64,000 nt of DNA from Armatimonadota bacterium (GCA_046292385.1 JBKBRF010000012.1:64001-128000), one strand, 5' to 3'. Positions 8,708 through 18,358 are shown, numbered from the stretch's first letter. The notes: generated from the letters alone by a model not told the origin. Numbers and translations are program-made.

Positions 8708-9758
8708 CAAGACCGGCATCGAATGGACCGATGCCACGTGGAACCCGATCCGCGGCTGTACGCGGGTCTCCGAGGGCTGCCGGAACTGCTACGCGGAGCG
8801 GGTTGCCGGCCGCTTCAGCGGCCCCGGGCAGCCGTATGAAGGCCTCGCTCGGATGACCGCCTCCGGCCCGCGCTGGACCGGGGCGGTGTGCCTGGTGCCG
8901 GAGCACTTGGAGGATCCGATCCGTTGGCGAAAGCCGCGCCGGATCTTCGTCAACTCGATGAGCGACCTCTTCCACGAGGGGCTCGGCGACGCGGAGATCG
9001 CCCGGGTTTTCGAGGTGATCTGCCGCAGCCTGAAGGGCCGGCAGCCGCACGAGCGCCACACCTACCAGATCCTCACGAAGCGCGCCGAGAGGATGGAGCA
9101 GTGGTTCGAGTGGGCGGAGCGGAAGTATCCGGGCTGGTTCGGCTCTGACGGGCTGCTCGACCTCGGGGACGTGCAACTCGGGGTCTCGGTGGAGAGCCAG
9201 CAGACGGCAGAGGAGCGGATCCCACACCTGCTGCGGGTGCCGGTGCGGGTGCGATTCCTCTCCTGCGAACCTCTGCTCGGGCCGGTGGACCTCACTCTCG
9301 TGGACCATCTCTTCGGCTGGATCAACGCCCTCACCGGACAGACCTTTGACGGGGACAACGGCAACCCAGTCGGCTCGATTAGCGCCCGCGGTGTCGATTG
9401 GGTGATTGTCGGCGGCGAGAGTGGCCCCGGCGCGCGGCCGATGCATCCGGACTGGGCACGTACCCTGCGGGACCAGTGCCAGGCCGCCGGCGTGGCCTTC
9501 CATTTCAAGCAGTGGGGCGAGTGGAAGCCGATTTCGGAGATGCCCGAAGACGAGTACGACCCGCTCTATGAGCCGGCCCCGGCCCGCGATCCCGAAGCTA
9601 CGCGTCGGTGCCGCGTTGCCACTCGCGCGATCCAGTGGGACGGCGGCGATGGATACCAGTTGATCCAGGGGCACTGCGGCTACCTGACATTCCGCGTCGG
9701 CAAGAAGCGCGCGGGCCGCACCCTGGATGGGCGCACCTGGGATGAGTTCCCCGCGTGA
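8700..9758 (+). CDS. Phage Gp37/Gp68 (DUF5131) family protein
   Basis: TGIEWTDATWNPIRGCTRVSEGCRNCYA, RIFVNSMSDLFH, WVIVGGESG, FHFKQWG. Confidence 0.92.
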   Translation: MADKTGIEWTDATWNPIRGCTRVSEGCRNCYAERVAGRFSGPGQPYEGLARMTASGPRWTGAVCLVPEHLEDPIRWRKPRRIFVNSMSDLFHEGLGDAEIARVFEVICRSLKGRQPHERHTYQILTKRAERMEQWFEWAERKYPGWFGSDGLLDLGDVQLGVSVESQQTAEERIPHLLRVPVRVRFLSCEPLLGPVDLTLVDHLFGWINALTGQTFDGDNGNPVGSISARGVDWVIVGGESGPGARPMHPDWARTLRDQCQAAGVAFHFKQWGEWKPISEMPEDEYDPLYEPAPARDPEATRRCRVATRAIQWDGGDGYQLIQGHCGYLTFRVGKKRAGRTLDGRTWDEFPA

Positions 9759-11563
9759 GCTGGACCTGGTGCGTGGCCTGCACGCGGCCGTGCCCGGGGC
9801 GGGATCCGGATGGCTTCTGCTCTGACGTCGACCGCGCGGAGCTGGCCCGGCGGTCCAACTGGCTCCGGACCGGCCGGTACGAGGACCCGCAGCCGGAGCC
9901 ACCGCCACCCCCGCCCCGCTTTGTCCACCGGCACCTGCCGGAGTACGAGCGGATCGAGGTGCGGCTTGACGGCGAGGTGATGGAGCACGTGTGGTCGGCG
10001 ATCGCGGGCCCGGCCGATCCGGACTGGCGGAACTCCGGCCAGTGCAGCACCGTGCCGCCGGATGGGCGGCAGCGCTACTACCGGGGACACGTGGAGATTC
10101 GCTGGCGGGAGGAGCTAGCGAGAGACGAGGAGACGAGCGAGATGACGATGACGGTAGACCCGCCGGCCAGACTTGCCGGCGTTACGGTGAGAGCTCGGGT
10201 GGCCTGGACCGACCCCGACGGAACCGAGGCATGCGGCACCGTGGTGTCGGTGGATGATGGCGGCCTGGTGGTCAACAAGGATCGCATCGGCCAGACCCGC
10301 CTGCGGTGGAACACGGAGGGGCTGCGGCTGCTGGACGGCTCCGCCGAGACGGAGGCGCCGGCGGAAGGCGGAGTTATGCCACGTGGCATAATCACCGGCC
10401 CGACGCTGCTGCAGATCCAGGTAGGCCAGATCGAGCTCAATCCCCGCAACCCCCGCCAGGTGAGTGAGGCGGATGATGCCGCGGTGGCAGAGCTGGCGGA
10501 GGACATCAAGGCGCGGGGGCTGATCAATCCGATCACTGTCCGCGAGACGGGCGACGAGCACCGGCCTTACGAGGTGATCACGGGCGAGCGGCGCTATCGG
10601 GCCTGCCTGAAAGCGGGCTTGACGCAGGTGCTCTGCATCAATCGGGGCGCCATCCCCGCGGAGCAGGCGTTCGAGGAGACGCTCCGGGAAAACGCGCTGC
10701 GGCAGGACCTCAACCCGCTGGAAGAGGCGCGGGCGGTGGAGCAGGCTCTCGCCGAATTCCACTGGTCGCAGGAGAAGATCGGCACGCTCCTGGGCGGGAA
10801 GTCGCAGAGCTGGATCTCCCGGACGCGGGCCCTGCTGCGGCTGCCGGGAGAGGCGCAGGAGCTGATCAAGGGCGGCAAGCTCCTCCGGAGCATGGGCGAG
10901 GAGCTGCTCACGCTCGCGCAGTGGCCGAAGGACTTAGTCCGCGTCGCGCAGGTCGCCGCGGATGAGGAGTGGACCGCCGCGAAGCTCTCCGCGGAGGTCC
11001 GGGAGCGGCGCCGCCAGCTCGAGGCTCGCGACCAGCCGAAGCTGTTCGGCGGGGACGAGATCGCTCCCGCGGCCACCGCGCCGGCGCCGGTCGCGCCGGC
11101 TGGACCTACCAGCCTGCTCGCGGCCGCGGAGCGGGAGCTGGACGAAGTCGCCGGGCGGATTACGGAGATGGTCTACGCGGATGAGCCGGCCGCTCCCACC
11201 GCTCAGGGTGATAGCACCGGCGCAATCACTACGGCATCCCAACCGACCGCTCCCAGCGCCTCCGAAGCGCTCACCAGCAGCCCCGCGGAGCCGGAGCCGG
11301 AGACCACGCCCGAGACGAAGCCCAACGCGCTGAAGAGCGCTGAGGAGCTCGTCGCGGAGAAGCACGGGGCTGCGGTCCCCACCACCGTCGGCGCGGCCAC
11401 GCTCGATGCCCCCGTCGCGATGTGCATGGTGACGCAGGACTGCGTGACCTGGCTCCGCGGCGACGGCTTCAACGCCAAGGACTTCCTCTTCCGCCTCAAG
11501 TCGGCGGCCTACACCCGCGGCCTCTCCGCCGCGGAGATCCTCACCCAACTGGAGACAGCCTGA
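9755..11563 (+). CDS. parB: ParB/RepB/Spo0J-family protein of the PRTRC cassette, with long N- and C-terminal extensions
   Basis: NPRNPRQ, GLINPITVR, TGERRYRA (CTPase box), ENALRQDLNPLEEA, then HTH SQEKIGTLLGGKSQSWISR; the true start may be internal (e.g. 10142). Confidence 0.9.
   Translation: MSWTWCVACTRPCPGRDPDGFCSDVDRAELARRSNWLRTGRYEDPQPEPPPPPPRFVHRHLPEYERIEVRLDGEVMEHVWSAIAGPADPDWRNSGQCSTVPPDGRQRYYRGHVEIRWREELARDEETSEMTMTVDPPARLAGVTVRARVAWTDPDGTEACGTVVSVDDGGLVVNKDRIGQTRLRWNTEGLRLLDGSAETEAPAEGGVMPRGIITGPTLLQIQVGQIELNPRNPRQVSEADDAAVAELAEDIKARGLINPITVRETGDEHRPYEVITGERRYRACLKAGLTQVLCINRGAIPAEQAFEETLRENALRQDLNPLEEARAVEQALAEFHWSQEKIGTLLGGKSQSWISRTRALLRLPGEAQELIKGGKLLRSMGEELLTLAQWPKDLVRVAQVAADEEWTAAKLSAEVRERRRQLEARDQPKLFGGDEIAPAATAPAPVAPAGPTSLLAAAERELDEVAGRITEMVYADEPAAPTAQGDSTGAITTASQPTAPSASEALTSSPAEPEPETTPETKPNALKSAEELVAEKHGAAVPTTVGAATLDAPVAMCMVTQDCVTWLRGDGFNAKDFLFRLKSAAYTRGLSAAEILTQLETA
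10374..10391. repeat. 18-bp palindrome, copy 2 (inside the parB ORF)
   Basis: Exact match just before the ParB domain. Confidence 0.97.
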
Positions 11564-11748
11564 TGCGAGTGTTCATGTACAACGGCGCACAGCTCGAAGA
11601 TCCGGACCCGTCGATGAGCCCGGACGACGTGCGCAAGCAGTATGCGGCGGTCTACCCCGCGCTTACCAACGCCGGCATCGTGGGACCGAAGCAGAGCGGA
11701 GACGTGGCGACCTATGAGTTCAAGGTCAGTGTCGGCACCAAGGGGTAG
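11563..11748 (+). CDS. PRTRC system protein C (ubiquitin-like)
   Basis: MRVFMYNGAQLEDPDPSMSPDDVRKQYAAVYPALTNA...YEFKVSVGTKG, ends in Gly; TGATG coupling to parB. Confidence 0.88.
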   Translation: MRVFMYNGAQLEDPDPSMSPDDVRKQYAAVYPALTNAGIVGPKQSGDVATYEFKVSVGTKG

Positions 11749-11754
11749 CGAGCC

Positions 11755-13152
11755 ATGCGCGAGTTCTTTCAAGGAAGCGATCGCGCGGGCCCGCAGCGGC
11801 GCCCCCGCCGCCGGCGGGACGGAGCTCGCGTTGGAAGTCGCCGCGGACGAGGGGGCGCTGAAGGTCGGGAGCTCTCTTCAGCAGCTCTGCTCTTCCAAGG
11901 CTGGGGCGAGGGTGGTGATCACACCACCTTCCTCCGCCCTCCCACCACCTCTGTAATCCTGCCGGGGCTGAGAGCGGACGTGCCGCTGGAGGTGGAAGTC
12001 TCCGGCTCAGAGCAGCAGCTTGCCATCTTCGCGGAGGTCCTCTTGGAAGAGGGGATCCTCCGCGAAGAGGACTGGCTCGGCACGCTGTGCGGCTCGATTC
12101 AGCACGGCCTGGTGCGGTGGGTGAACGTGGAACTGGGCTGCGAGCGGCTTCAGCACTTCGACGTGTCGCTAGCCTACACCGACGACATCGATGAGGCGCA
12201 GATGGACGATCCAGGCTGCTTCAACTTCACGGACTGGGGCTGGGTCGACAAGTTCGGTCAGAAGGATGAGACGACCGGCTGCTTCATCCTGACCTGCGCC
12301 ACCGGGCATTACTTCGACGTCGGCACCTGGGGCGCGGAAGTGTTCGTCGGGACCCAGATCTTGGCGCTCGAGCGGCTTTGCCCCGGTGCCGGCTGGAGCG
12401 TGTTCGCCCTGGTCCAGGAAGCGGTGGACCAGCAGTTCTTCGGCGCCACTCCCGTCTGGGGGGATCGCTTCTTGGAGTTCTGCGGCTACACCTTCGGCGA
12501 GGACGCCTCCACGGAGGCGGACGAGGACGGCGGAGACGATCCGGATGAGGGGCAACTGCGGAAGCGCGTGCGGATCGGGGCTGCCGGCGAAGGTTATGCC
12601 GCAGACCTGGAGGACGATCATTTGGCGGAGCTCACCCGTACTCGCTTCCGCCGGGCCTTCCCGGAGCAGTGCTTCAGCGCCACGTGGGATCCCAAGGTCG
12701 TGAAGAAGGCGCTTCGGCGCTGTCGCGGCGCCGGGGATGCATGCCTGCGGGAGACGCTGCAGACCGCGCTCGAGCTGGCGCAGCTCGGAGCGGAGCTCGA
12801 TCCCAAGCGGCCGCTTAACGAGTGGGGCTACTTCGCCCGGGATGGTGTGGAAGTGGTCAACTCGGTGACGGTGCGCTGGTCCGAGGACGACGAGCTGCCC
12901 CGACTGATCGACGACTACTTCGAGCACGCTCAGAACTGCTGCGGGCTCACCACCGAGATCTTCGTGCGCGGTTTCCAACTCGCCGCTCCGGAGACGATCC
13001 GAACCTGCGTGCGCGGTCTCGGCCAGGCGCTGCGGATCCTGGCGAAGACCGACCACCTACTCGAGCTGCTCCATCAGCCGACGCGCCTGGTCGGGATCCT
13101 GGCGGATCGTAAGGGCGAGTCTTGTCCCGAGGAGAGAAGCGAATGCGTGTAG
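11755..13152 (+). CDS. PRTRC system protein F-like
   Basis: Position between C and B; ILPGLRADVP, ALERLCPGAGWSV, RLIDDYFE; acidic. Confidence 0.7.
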   Translation: MREFFQGSDRAGPQRRPRRRRDGARVGSRRGRGGAEGRELSSAALLFQGWGEGGDHTTFLRPPTTSVILPGLRADVPLEVEVSGSEQQLAIFAEVLLEEGILREEDWLGTLCGSIQHGLVRWVNVELGCERLQHFDVSLAYTDDIDEAQMDDPGCFNFTDWGWVDKFGQKDETTGCFILTCATGHYFDVGTWGAEVFVGTQILALERLCPGAGWSVFALVQEAVDQQFFGATPVWGDRFLEFCGYTFGEDASTEADEDGGDDPDEGQLRKRVRIGAAGEGYAADLEDDHLAELTRTRFRRAFPEQCFSATWDPKVVKKALRRCRGAGDACLRETLQTALELAQLGAELDPKRPLNEWGYFARDGVEVVNSVTVRWSEDDELPRLIDDYFEHAQNCCGLTTEIFVRGFQLAAPETIRTCVRGLGQALRILAKTDHLLELLHQPTRLVGILADRKGESCPEERSECV

Positions 13153-13868
13153 AGGATATGACCACCGGCAGCCGTCCCTACTACCTGCGCCGCGCCGTGC
13201 TGTTGTACGAAGCGGAGAACGGCTCCGCCTTCGCCAGCGTGAACCCGGTCCGCCGCCGGAACAAGAAAGCGACGATCGGCGCCGGGCGTTGCCTCTCCCG
13301 GGATGCCTTGGCGGAGCTGAACCGGGAGCTTGCCGGCCTCCCGAGCCGGCGGGAGCTCCTGCCGCCGCACGTGCTGTTCGCCGACGGCTCGCGAACACTC
13401 TGGTACCGGCCGGCGCACCGGGCGCCGATCTTCTTCAACACCGGCAGCAAGAAGCTCGACTCCTTTTTCCGGGGCAAGCAGGTTCTCTATCCCCCGCTGC
13501 TGTTTCTGGCGATGCCCCAGAACCTGTATGCCTGGGGGCTCGGCTCCGATGACCGCCCGTCCGGGGAGACGCACCTCTACCGCGCGCCCTGCCTGAACCT
13601 CTACGGGGACGGGCACATGTGCGCGGGCACCTCGAAGTTGCCGCTGGAGGTCTCTACCGACGTGCGGCTCTTCGAGAAGGCGTTCTTCGACACTGCCTTC
13701 TCCCACAGCAACCTCGGCGGCCAGGAGCTCTGCCGTTACGCGGGTGGGCATGACGCGCTCTGGAAGGCGCTGGCGGACCCGGAAGTAACCCCCGACTGGC
13801 CGGCCTGGCTGGCGCCGCTCCGGGGCAAGAGCGGGCCGCTTACCGCGGCGGAGGTGCTCAACCGATGA
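13143..13868 (+). CDS. PRTRC system protein B (prokaryotic E2-like)
   Basis: LWYRPA.R..FF, YPPLLF, RP..ETHLYRAP..N.Y.DG..C.G, FF.TAFSH. Confidence 0.85.
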   Translation: MRVEDMTTGSRPYYLRRAVLLYEAENGSAFASVNPVRRRNKKATIGAGRCLSRDALAELNRELAGLPSRRELLPPHVLFADGSRTLWYRPAHRAPIFFNTGSKKLDSFFRGKQVLYPPLLFLAMPQNLYAWGLGSDDRPSGETHLYRAPCLNLYGDGHMCAGTSKLPLEVSTDVRLFEKAFFDTAFSHSNLGGQELCRYAGGHDALWKALADPEVTPDWPAWLAPLRGKSGPLTAAEVLNR

Positions 13869-14707
13869 GCGAGCACCGGATAGCCGCACGCCTCCTGGAG
13901 ACGGAGGTCACGATTCACCTGGCCGGCTGCGGCGGTAACGGCGCGCAGATGCTCTACCGTCTGGCCCGGATGGACCGCGCCATCCGCTCGCTGGGGCACC
14001 CGGCCGGGATCTACGTTCGGGCATTTGATCCGGACCTGGTGAGCGCGGCGAACCTCGGGCGCCAGCTCTTCACTCCGGATGACATCGGACGGAATAAGGC
14101 GGACGTGCTGGTACAACGCGTCAACCTGTTCCACGGGCTCTCCTGGGATGCGGAGCCGGAAGCCTACGGTGGCCAGGGCGAGACGTACGAGTCCGATTAC
14201 TTTGGTGCACGCACGTCGATGCGCCGGGCGTGCGACATCCTCATCACCTGCGTCGACTCCGCGAAGGCGCGGCGGGAGATCCATCACGGCATCACGCAGC
14301 ACCGGCGCGGGGCACAGCACACTCCGCTCTACTGGCTGGATCTGGGCAACACCCAATCCACCGGGCAGGTGGTTCTGGGTGAGCCGATCGACGCCGTCAA
14401 CGCCCAGGGCAGCCGACGCCCGCGGCTACCGACGGTGGTGGAAGTCTTCCCAGAGCTGCTGGATGAGACGATCCCGGAGGACAACCGCCCGAGTTGCTCG
14501 CTCGCGGAGGCGCTCGAGTCGCAGGACCTCTTCATTAATGACCTGATCGTCGGATGGGCCGGGCAGCTCCTCTGGGATCTCTTCCGCAAGGGCAAGATCA
14601 CCAAGCACGGAGCGTTCATCAACGCCGGTGACTATCTGGTAAGTCCGCTTCCCGTGCCGGCGCCGAATCCGGAGAAGCCGGCGCGGAAGACGAGGGCACG
14701 GCAATGA
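13865..14707 (+). CDS. PRTRC system ThiF-family (E1-like) protein
   Basis: GCGGNG, FDPDLVSAANLGRQLF..DIGRNKA, CVDSAKAR, YWLDLGN, PSCSLAEALESQDLFIN. Confidence 0.92.
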   Translation: MSEHRIAARLLETEVTIHLAGCGGNGAQMLYRLARMDRAIRSLGHPAGIYVRAFDPDLVSAANLGRQLFTPDDIGRNKADVLVQRVNLFHGLSWDAEPEAYGGQGETYESDYFGARTSMRRACDILITCVDSAKARREIHHGITQHRRGAQHTPLYWLDLGNTQSTGQVVLGEPIDAVNAQGSRRPRLPTVVEVFPELLDETIPEDNRPSCSLAEALESQDLFINDLIVGWAGQLLWDLFRKGKITKHGAFINAGDYLVSPLPVPAPNPEKPARKTRARQ

Positions 14708-14967
14708 GCGAGTTCGACCCCCTCAACCTCGACCTCTGGCAGGAGCTCTGCGAGTTCCTGGCGAGCCGTCCGCGGAAGTGTGCCTACGCCAGGTTCATTC
14801 CGAATCACCTGAGCCCGCTGGTATCGGCCGACGCCAAGTCGGCACGAGCCCAGGTCGGCCTGATCTTCTGGTCCACGGGCTGGGGCTGGCGTCTCCGGAA
14901 GAACTGGCAGGAGCGGCTGGACACGCTGCGGCGCGACGGGATCCCGGCGGAAGGCGGCACCCGATGA
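14704..14967 (+). CDS. Hypothetical protein
   Basis: ATGA coupling on both sides. Confidence 0.55.
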   Translation: MSEFDPLNLDLWQELCEFLASRPRKCAYARFIPNHLSPLVSADAKSARAQVGLIFWSTGWGWRLRKNWQERLDTLRRDGIPAEGGTR

Positions 14968-15620
14968 AGCAGACCCCGATCCTGATGAGCGCTTCGATGG
15001 TTCTCGCCACCCTGCAGGACCGGAAGAGACAGACGCGCCGGCCGATCTCTCCCGAGCCGCACCCCGGCATCCACAGCTTCATTCCGCTCTCTTCCGGGGT
15101 CTGGAAGCCGGCCTGGGGCAGTGCGATCCGGGAGAACCTCACGGAGCACAACGCCTGCCGGCGGTCGCGCTACGGCGTCCGCGGGGATCGCCTGTGGGTG
15201 AAGGAGACCTGGGCGGCCGCCAGCGAGTACGACGCCTACCCGCCGAGCCGGATCCCGCCGGAAGGTCGGCAGCGGATCTGGTACGCTGCCGGCGGCGGTC
15301 TCAAGCCGGAGTGGGTAGGGCGCACCCGTGCCTCAATTCACCTGCCTCGGTGGGCGTCCCGGCTGACGTTGGAGCTGACCGAGGACCCGCGGCCCGAGCG
15401 CCTCCAGGAGATCACCGAAGCCGAGGCGATCGCAGAGGGCTGCCCGGGTGAGAACTGTTACCGGCGCCCGGGAGTTGCTGGCCTGGTCACGGACGACGGG
15501 CTCCTCCCTGACGAGCAGTTTAGCCAGCTCTGGGAGACCCTCCACGGGAAGGGTGCGTGGAAGCTCAACCCGTGGGTGTGGGTGATCTCGTTCAAGCGGC
15601 TGGAGGCCCCCGGATGCTGA
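14964..15620 (+). CDS. ASCH/PUA-like phage protein
   Basis: PILM...MV.A...RK.QTRR, GDRLWVKETW, SIH.PRWASR.TLE, NPWVWVISF. Confidence 0.8.
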   Translation: MKQTPILMSASMVLATLQDRKRQTRRPISPEPHPGIHSFIPLSSGVWKPAWGSAIRENLTEHNACRRSRYGVRGDRLWVKETWAAASEYDAYPPSRIPPEGRQRIWYAAGGGLKPEWVGRTRASIHLPRWASRLTLELTEDPRPERLQEITEAEAIAEGCPGENCYRRPGVAGLVTDDGLLPDEQFSQLWETLHGKGAWKLNPWVWVISFKRLEAPGC

Positions 15621-16255
15621 ACGCCACCTTCCGCCCGCTGGCACAGTGGCCGGGAGCGCCGCGGACCGTCCGCCGTCACTCCCAGTTCCGTGCCGGCTAC
15701 GTCTCCACGCTGGACCTGCTCGAAGCGGAGCTCGACAAGCTCTCGGCCCGGGACATCATCATCCAGATCGCCGTGGATCGGAAGGACATCCGCAACGACG
15801 GCTGGCCACGCGCAGACGCGCGGCCGCGGCATCCGGGCGTGATCCTCAACTTCGTCTCCCGGAAGATCCCGTACCAGTTCGTCTGCGACACCTACCACGA
15901 CTGGCAGGACAACCTCCGCGCGATCGCTCTGACGCTGGAGGCGCTGCGGGCGATGGAGCGCTACGGCGCCACTCAGCACCGGGAGCAGTACAAGGGCTTC
16001 GCGCAGCTCCCGCCGGGCGAGGGCGCACCTCCGCCGCAGCCGGAGGCGATGACCACGGATGAAGCGGCGGAGCTGCTCGGCGAGCTGGGGGGATTCACCT
16101 TCGCCGCCGTGCTCGCCGACGCCGAGGTGGCGCGGATCGCCTGGCGGCGCGCGGCCGACAAGACCCACCCGGACAAGGGTGGTGACGGAGCGGAGTTTCT
16201 ACGCGCGCAGCGGGCCTGGGAGCTACTGCGCGCGCACCACGGAGAGAGCAGATGA
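15614..16255 (+). CDS. Phage protein with a C-terminal J-domain-like HPD motif
   Basis: WQDNLRAIALTLEALRAMERYG; THPDKGGD. Confidence 0.75.
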   Translation: MLNATFRPLAQWPGAPRTVRRHSQFRAGYVSTLDLLEAELDKLSARDIIIQIAVDRKDIRNDGWPRADARPRHPGVILNFVSRKIPYQFVCDTYHDWQDNLRAIALTLEALRAMERYGATQHREQYKGFAQLPPGEGAPPPQPEAMTTDEAAELLGELGGFTFAAVLADAEVARIAWRRAADKTHPDKGGDGAEFLRAQRAWELLRAHHGESR

Positions 16256-16665
16256 GCGAGAAGAGCCTGGCCGACACGATCATCGGCCAGCTACTGGAGG
16301 CCTTGGGGGATTTGCACCCTACTGATCCGGCGAATGCGGACACCTACTGCGTGAGCCGTGAGGACCTGGAGAAGACACTGCGGCCGCTGCTGGAGGGGCG
16401 CGGGAGTGAGATCGTTCTCCCCGAGAAGCTGACACCCGCCATTCAGGATGCACTTGGGCTGCCGAACTTCCGGACCGGTCCGATCGCGCACCTCTTCCGC
16501 GCGGCTGGCCACGACATCCCCTGCCGTTTCGAGGAAGAGCAGGCGTTCGTGCTGTTCTGGGCGCTAGAGCTCGCGCTCAAGCACGGTGAGGCATGGCGTG
16601 CCTGGGCGGGCGACGAGTTGAACGCGCTCCGGGCGTCTCTGCCGAAGGAGCCCGACGGTGCCTAG
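16252..16665 (+). CDS. Hypothetical protein
   Basis: Coupled ORF in the early operon. Confidence 0.6.
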   Translation: MSEKSLADTIIGQLLEALGDLHPTDPANADTYCVSREDLEKTLRPLLEGRGSEIVLPEKLTPAIQDALGLPNFRTGPIAHLFRAAGHDIPCRFEEEQAFVLFWALELALKHGEAWRAWAGDELNALRASLPKEPDGA

Positions 16666-16861
16666 ATACTTCGTCAGCTACCACTACAGCGGCCCCGAAG
16701 TTACCGGCAAGGGTTACTCGGTGCTGGAGTCGGCCCCAATCACCTCCGCCGAGGAGCTAGGGCGGTTAGTCGGTCGGATCGCGAAACAACTCCCCCGAGG
16801 GACCACCGTAATTCCGCTCTATTGGCGGCGGATGGAGCGGCCGGATCGGAGGCGGAAGTGA
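16658..16861 (+). CDS. Hypothetical protein
   Basis: AAGGAG RBS, coupled. Confidence 0.5.
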   Translation: MPRYFVSYHYSGPEVTGKGYSVLESAPITSAEELGRLVGRIAKQLPRGTTVIPLYWRRMERPDRRRK

Positions 16862-17028
16862 CCGCTACCGTCACCACCGAGCTGGAAGAGCTGCGGGACC
16901 GCGCGGCCTACTGGGCGCCCACCGGTGCCGAGGAGGTCTGGCAGCAGCACGGCCGGATCCCGGATCACGAGTTGCGGCGGCTCCTCGCGGCGTTCCTGCC
17001 ACCGGACGAGCGAGACGCGCTGGAATGA
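16858..17028 (+). CDS. Hypothetical protein
   Basis: GTGA coupling. Confidence 0.45.
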   Translation: MTATVTTELEELRDRAAYWAPTGAEEVWQQHGRIPDHELRRLLAAFLPPDERDALE

Positions 17029-17171
17029 GCTGCGTCTGCGGACACCCCTACGAGGAGCACTGGAACGAGTTCGGCCCCTGCCTCGATCCGGACTGCGAGT
17101 GCAGCGGCTTCGAGCGGCCCGGTGACACTCTCGGCGAGGACTACGAGCACCTGACGGAGGATGAGGACTGA
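17025..17171 (+). CDS. Small Cys/His-rich acidic protein
   Basis: Manual translation MSCVCGHPYEEH...CLDPDCECSGF; ATGA coupling. Confidence 0.5.
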   Translation: MSCVCGHPYEEHWNEFGPCLDPDCECSGFERPGDTLGEDYEHLTEDED

Positions 17172-17397
17172 GGCGCCCCTGAAAAAGTCGCCGAAAGTCG
17201 CGATGCATTTCCGCCTCCACGTACGTCATGCCTCCTGATGCGACAAGAGCCCGCTCTCCCGGTGGGAAAGCAGGCTCTGTCATACCTGGGCAGGGATGCG
17301 CCACAGGCGGGCTTCACACTCCAGTTCGGGGTGCCGACCGGCCTTCCCTGCCCCTTTCGACGCGGTGCCACTGACTGGCACCAGGAAGGGAACGACT

Positions 17398-18030
17398 ATG
17401 GTTCAGATCGTCGAACAGAACACCAGGCGAGTCATCCTCGAGGTCGAAGGCGATGACCTTCGGGGGGCCGACCTCCGGGGGCGGTCGCTTCGCAACGCGA
17501 GCCTGGAACATAAGGACCTCTCCGAGGCCGATCTCACGGGGGCGGATCTGCGAGGCGCCTATCTCCTGGGCGTCACCATCAACGCCGGCACCCGTCTCCA
17601 AGGAGCCGATCTCCGCGGTGCCAACCTGAGCTGTGTGGATTTGCGACGGCTGGACTTGAGGGGGATCTCCTTTCGCCACGCGGATCTCGACTCCACCGAC
17701 TTCATTGAGGCGGATCTGAGGGGCGCCGACCTTTCAGGAGCAAATCTCAACGAAGCGAGATTGAACCGAGCAGATCTGGCCGACGCGGATCTCTCCGGAG
17801 CTCGGTTGACTAAAGCTGGGATGAGCCGCGTACACCTGCAGGGTGCCGACCTTCGAGGTGCCGACCTCTCGACCGCCCGTATAAGCGAAGCGTATGTAGA
17901 GGGGGCAGTCTACGACGCCAAAACGCAGTGGCCGGAGGGTATCGACCCCAGAACCGGGGGGGGCCAGTGTATAAGCGCCCCGTGGGAGTATCCGTTCCCC
18001 CTGCGGCAGTTCTTGAACGGTCGAGGTTAG
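17398..18030 (+). CDS. Pentapeptide repeat protein
   Basis: Many A(D/N)Lxx repeats (GADLRGANLS). Confidence 0.92.
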   Translation: MVQIVEQNTRRVILEVEGDDLRGADLRGRSLRNASLEHKDLSEADLTGADLRGAYLLGVTINAGTRLQGADLRGANLSCVDLRRLDLRGISFRHADLDSTDFIEADLRGADLSGANLNEARLNRADLADADLSGARLTKAGMSRVHLQGADLRGADLSTARISEAYVEGAVYDAKTQWPEGIDPRTGGGQCISAPWEYPFPLRQFLNGRG

Positions 18031-18038
18031 GCGGCAGC

Positions 18039-18068
18039 GGCAGGTTATGCCACGTGGCATAACCTGCC
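18039..18068. repeat. Palindrome copy 3 (core 18045-18062), extended to a perfect 30 bp
   Basis: GGCAGG-TTATGCCACGTGGCATAA-CCTGCC just after the pentapeptide gene stop. Confidence 0.97.
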
Positions 18069-18329
18069 ATACCACCATACCACCCTAGAGACTTCGGGCG
18101 GCGGCGTGGCCCAGATGACACGCTCAAGCGCGGGCACGATCGGAAATATCTCGCTGGTTGAAGCGAAACACCGGGCAACCGGGGCCAAGAACTCCCGAGG
18201 CGGTGGAGACGACCACCTTACGAAAAGAGGGGCGTGGGAGGGCAGGGCGAGGCGCGCGAGTACTGGACTGTAACAGCAGCCGGAGAATGACCGGCCCGCC
18301 CGAAGAAACCGCTCGCTCGGTAGGAGGAA

Positions 18330-18358
18330 TAGACACGCAGGGCTAACCCACCTATAAT
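18330..18358 (+). promoter_or_regulatory. Sigma70-type promoter
   Basis: TAGACA-N17-TATAAT, near consensus, in a locally AT-rich patch. Confidence 0.65.

Noticed and set aside
8731..8741. Eighth palindrome copy (ATGCCACGTGG)
   Set aside because: Only the central 11 nt match, and they encode the conserved DATWNP motif of DUF5131
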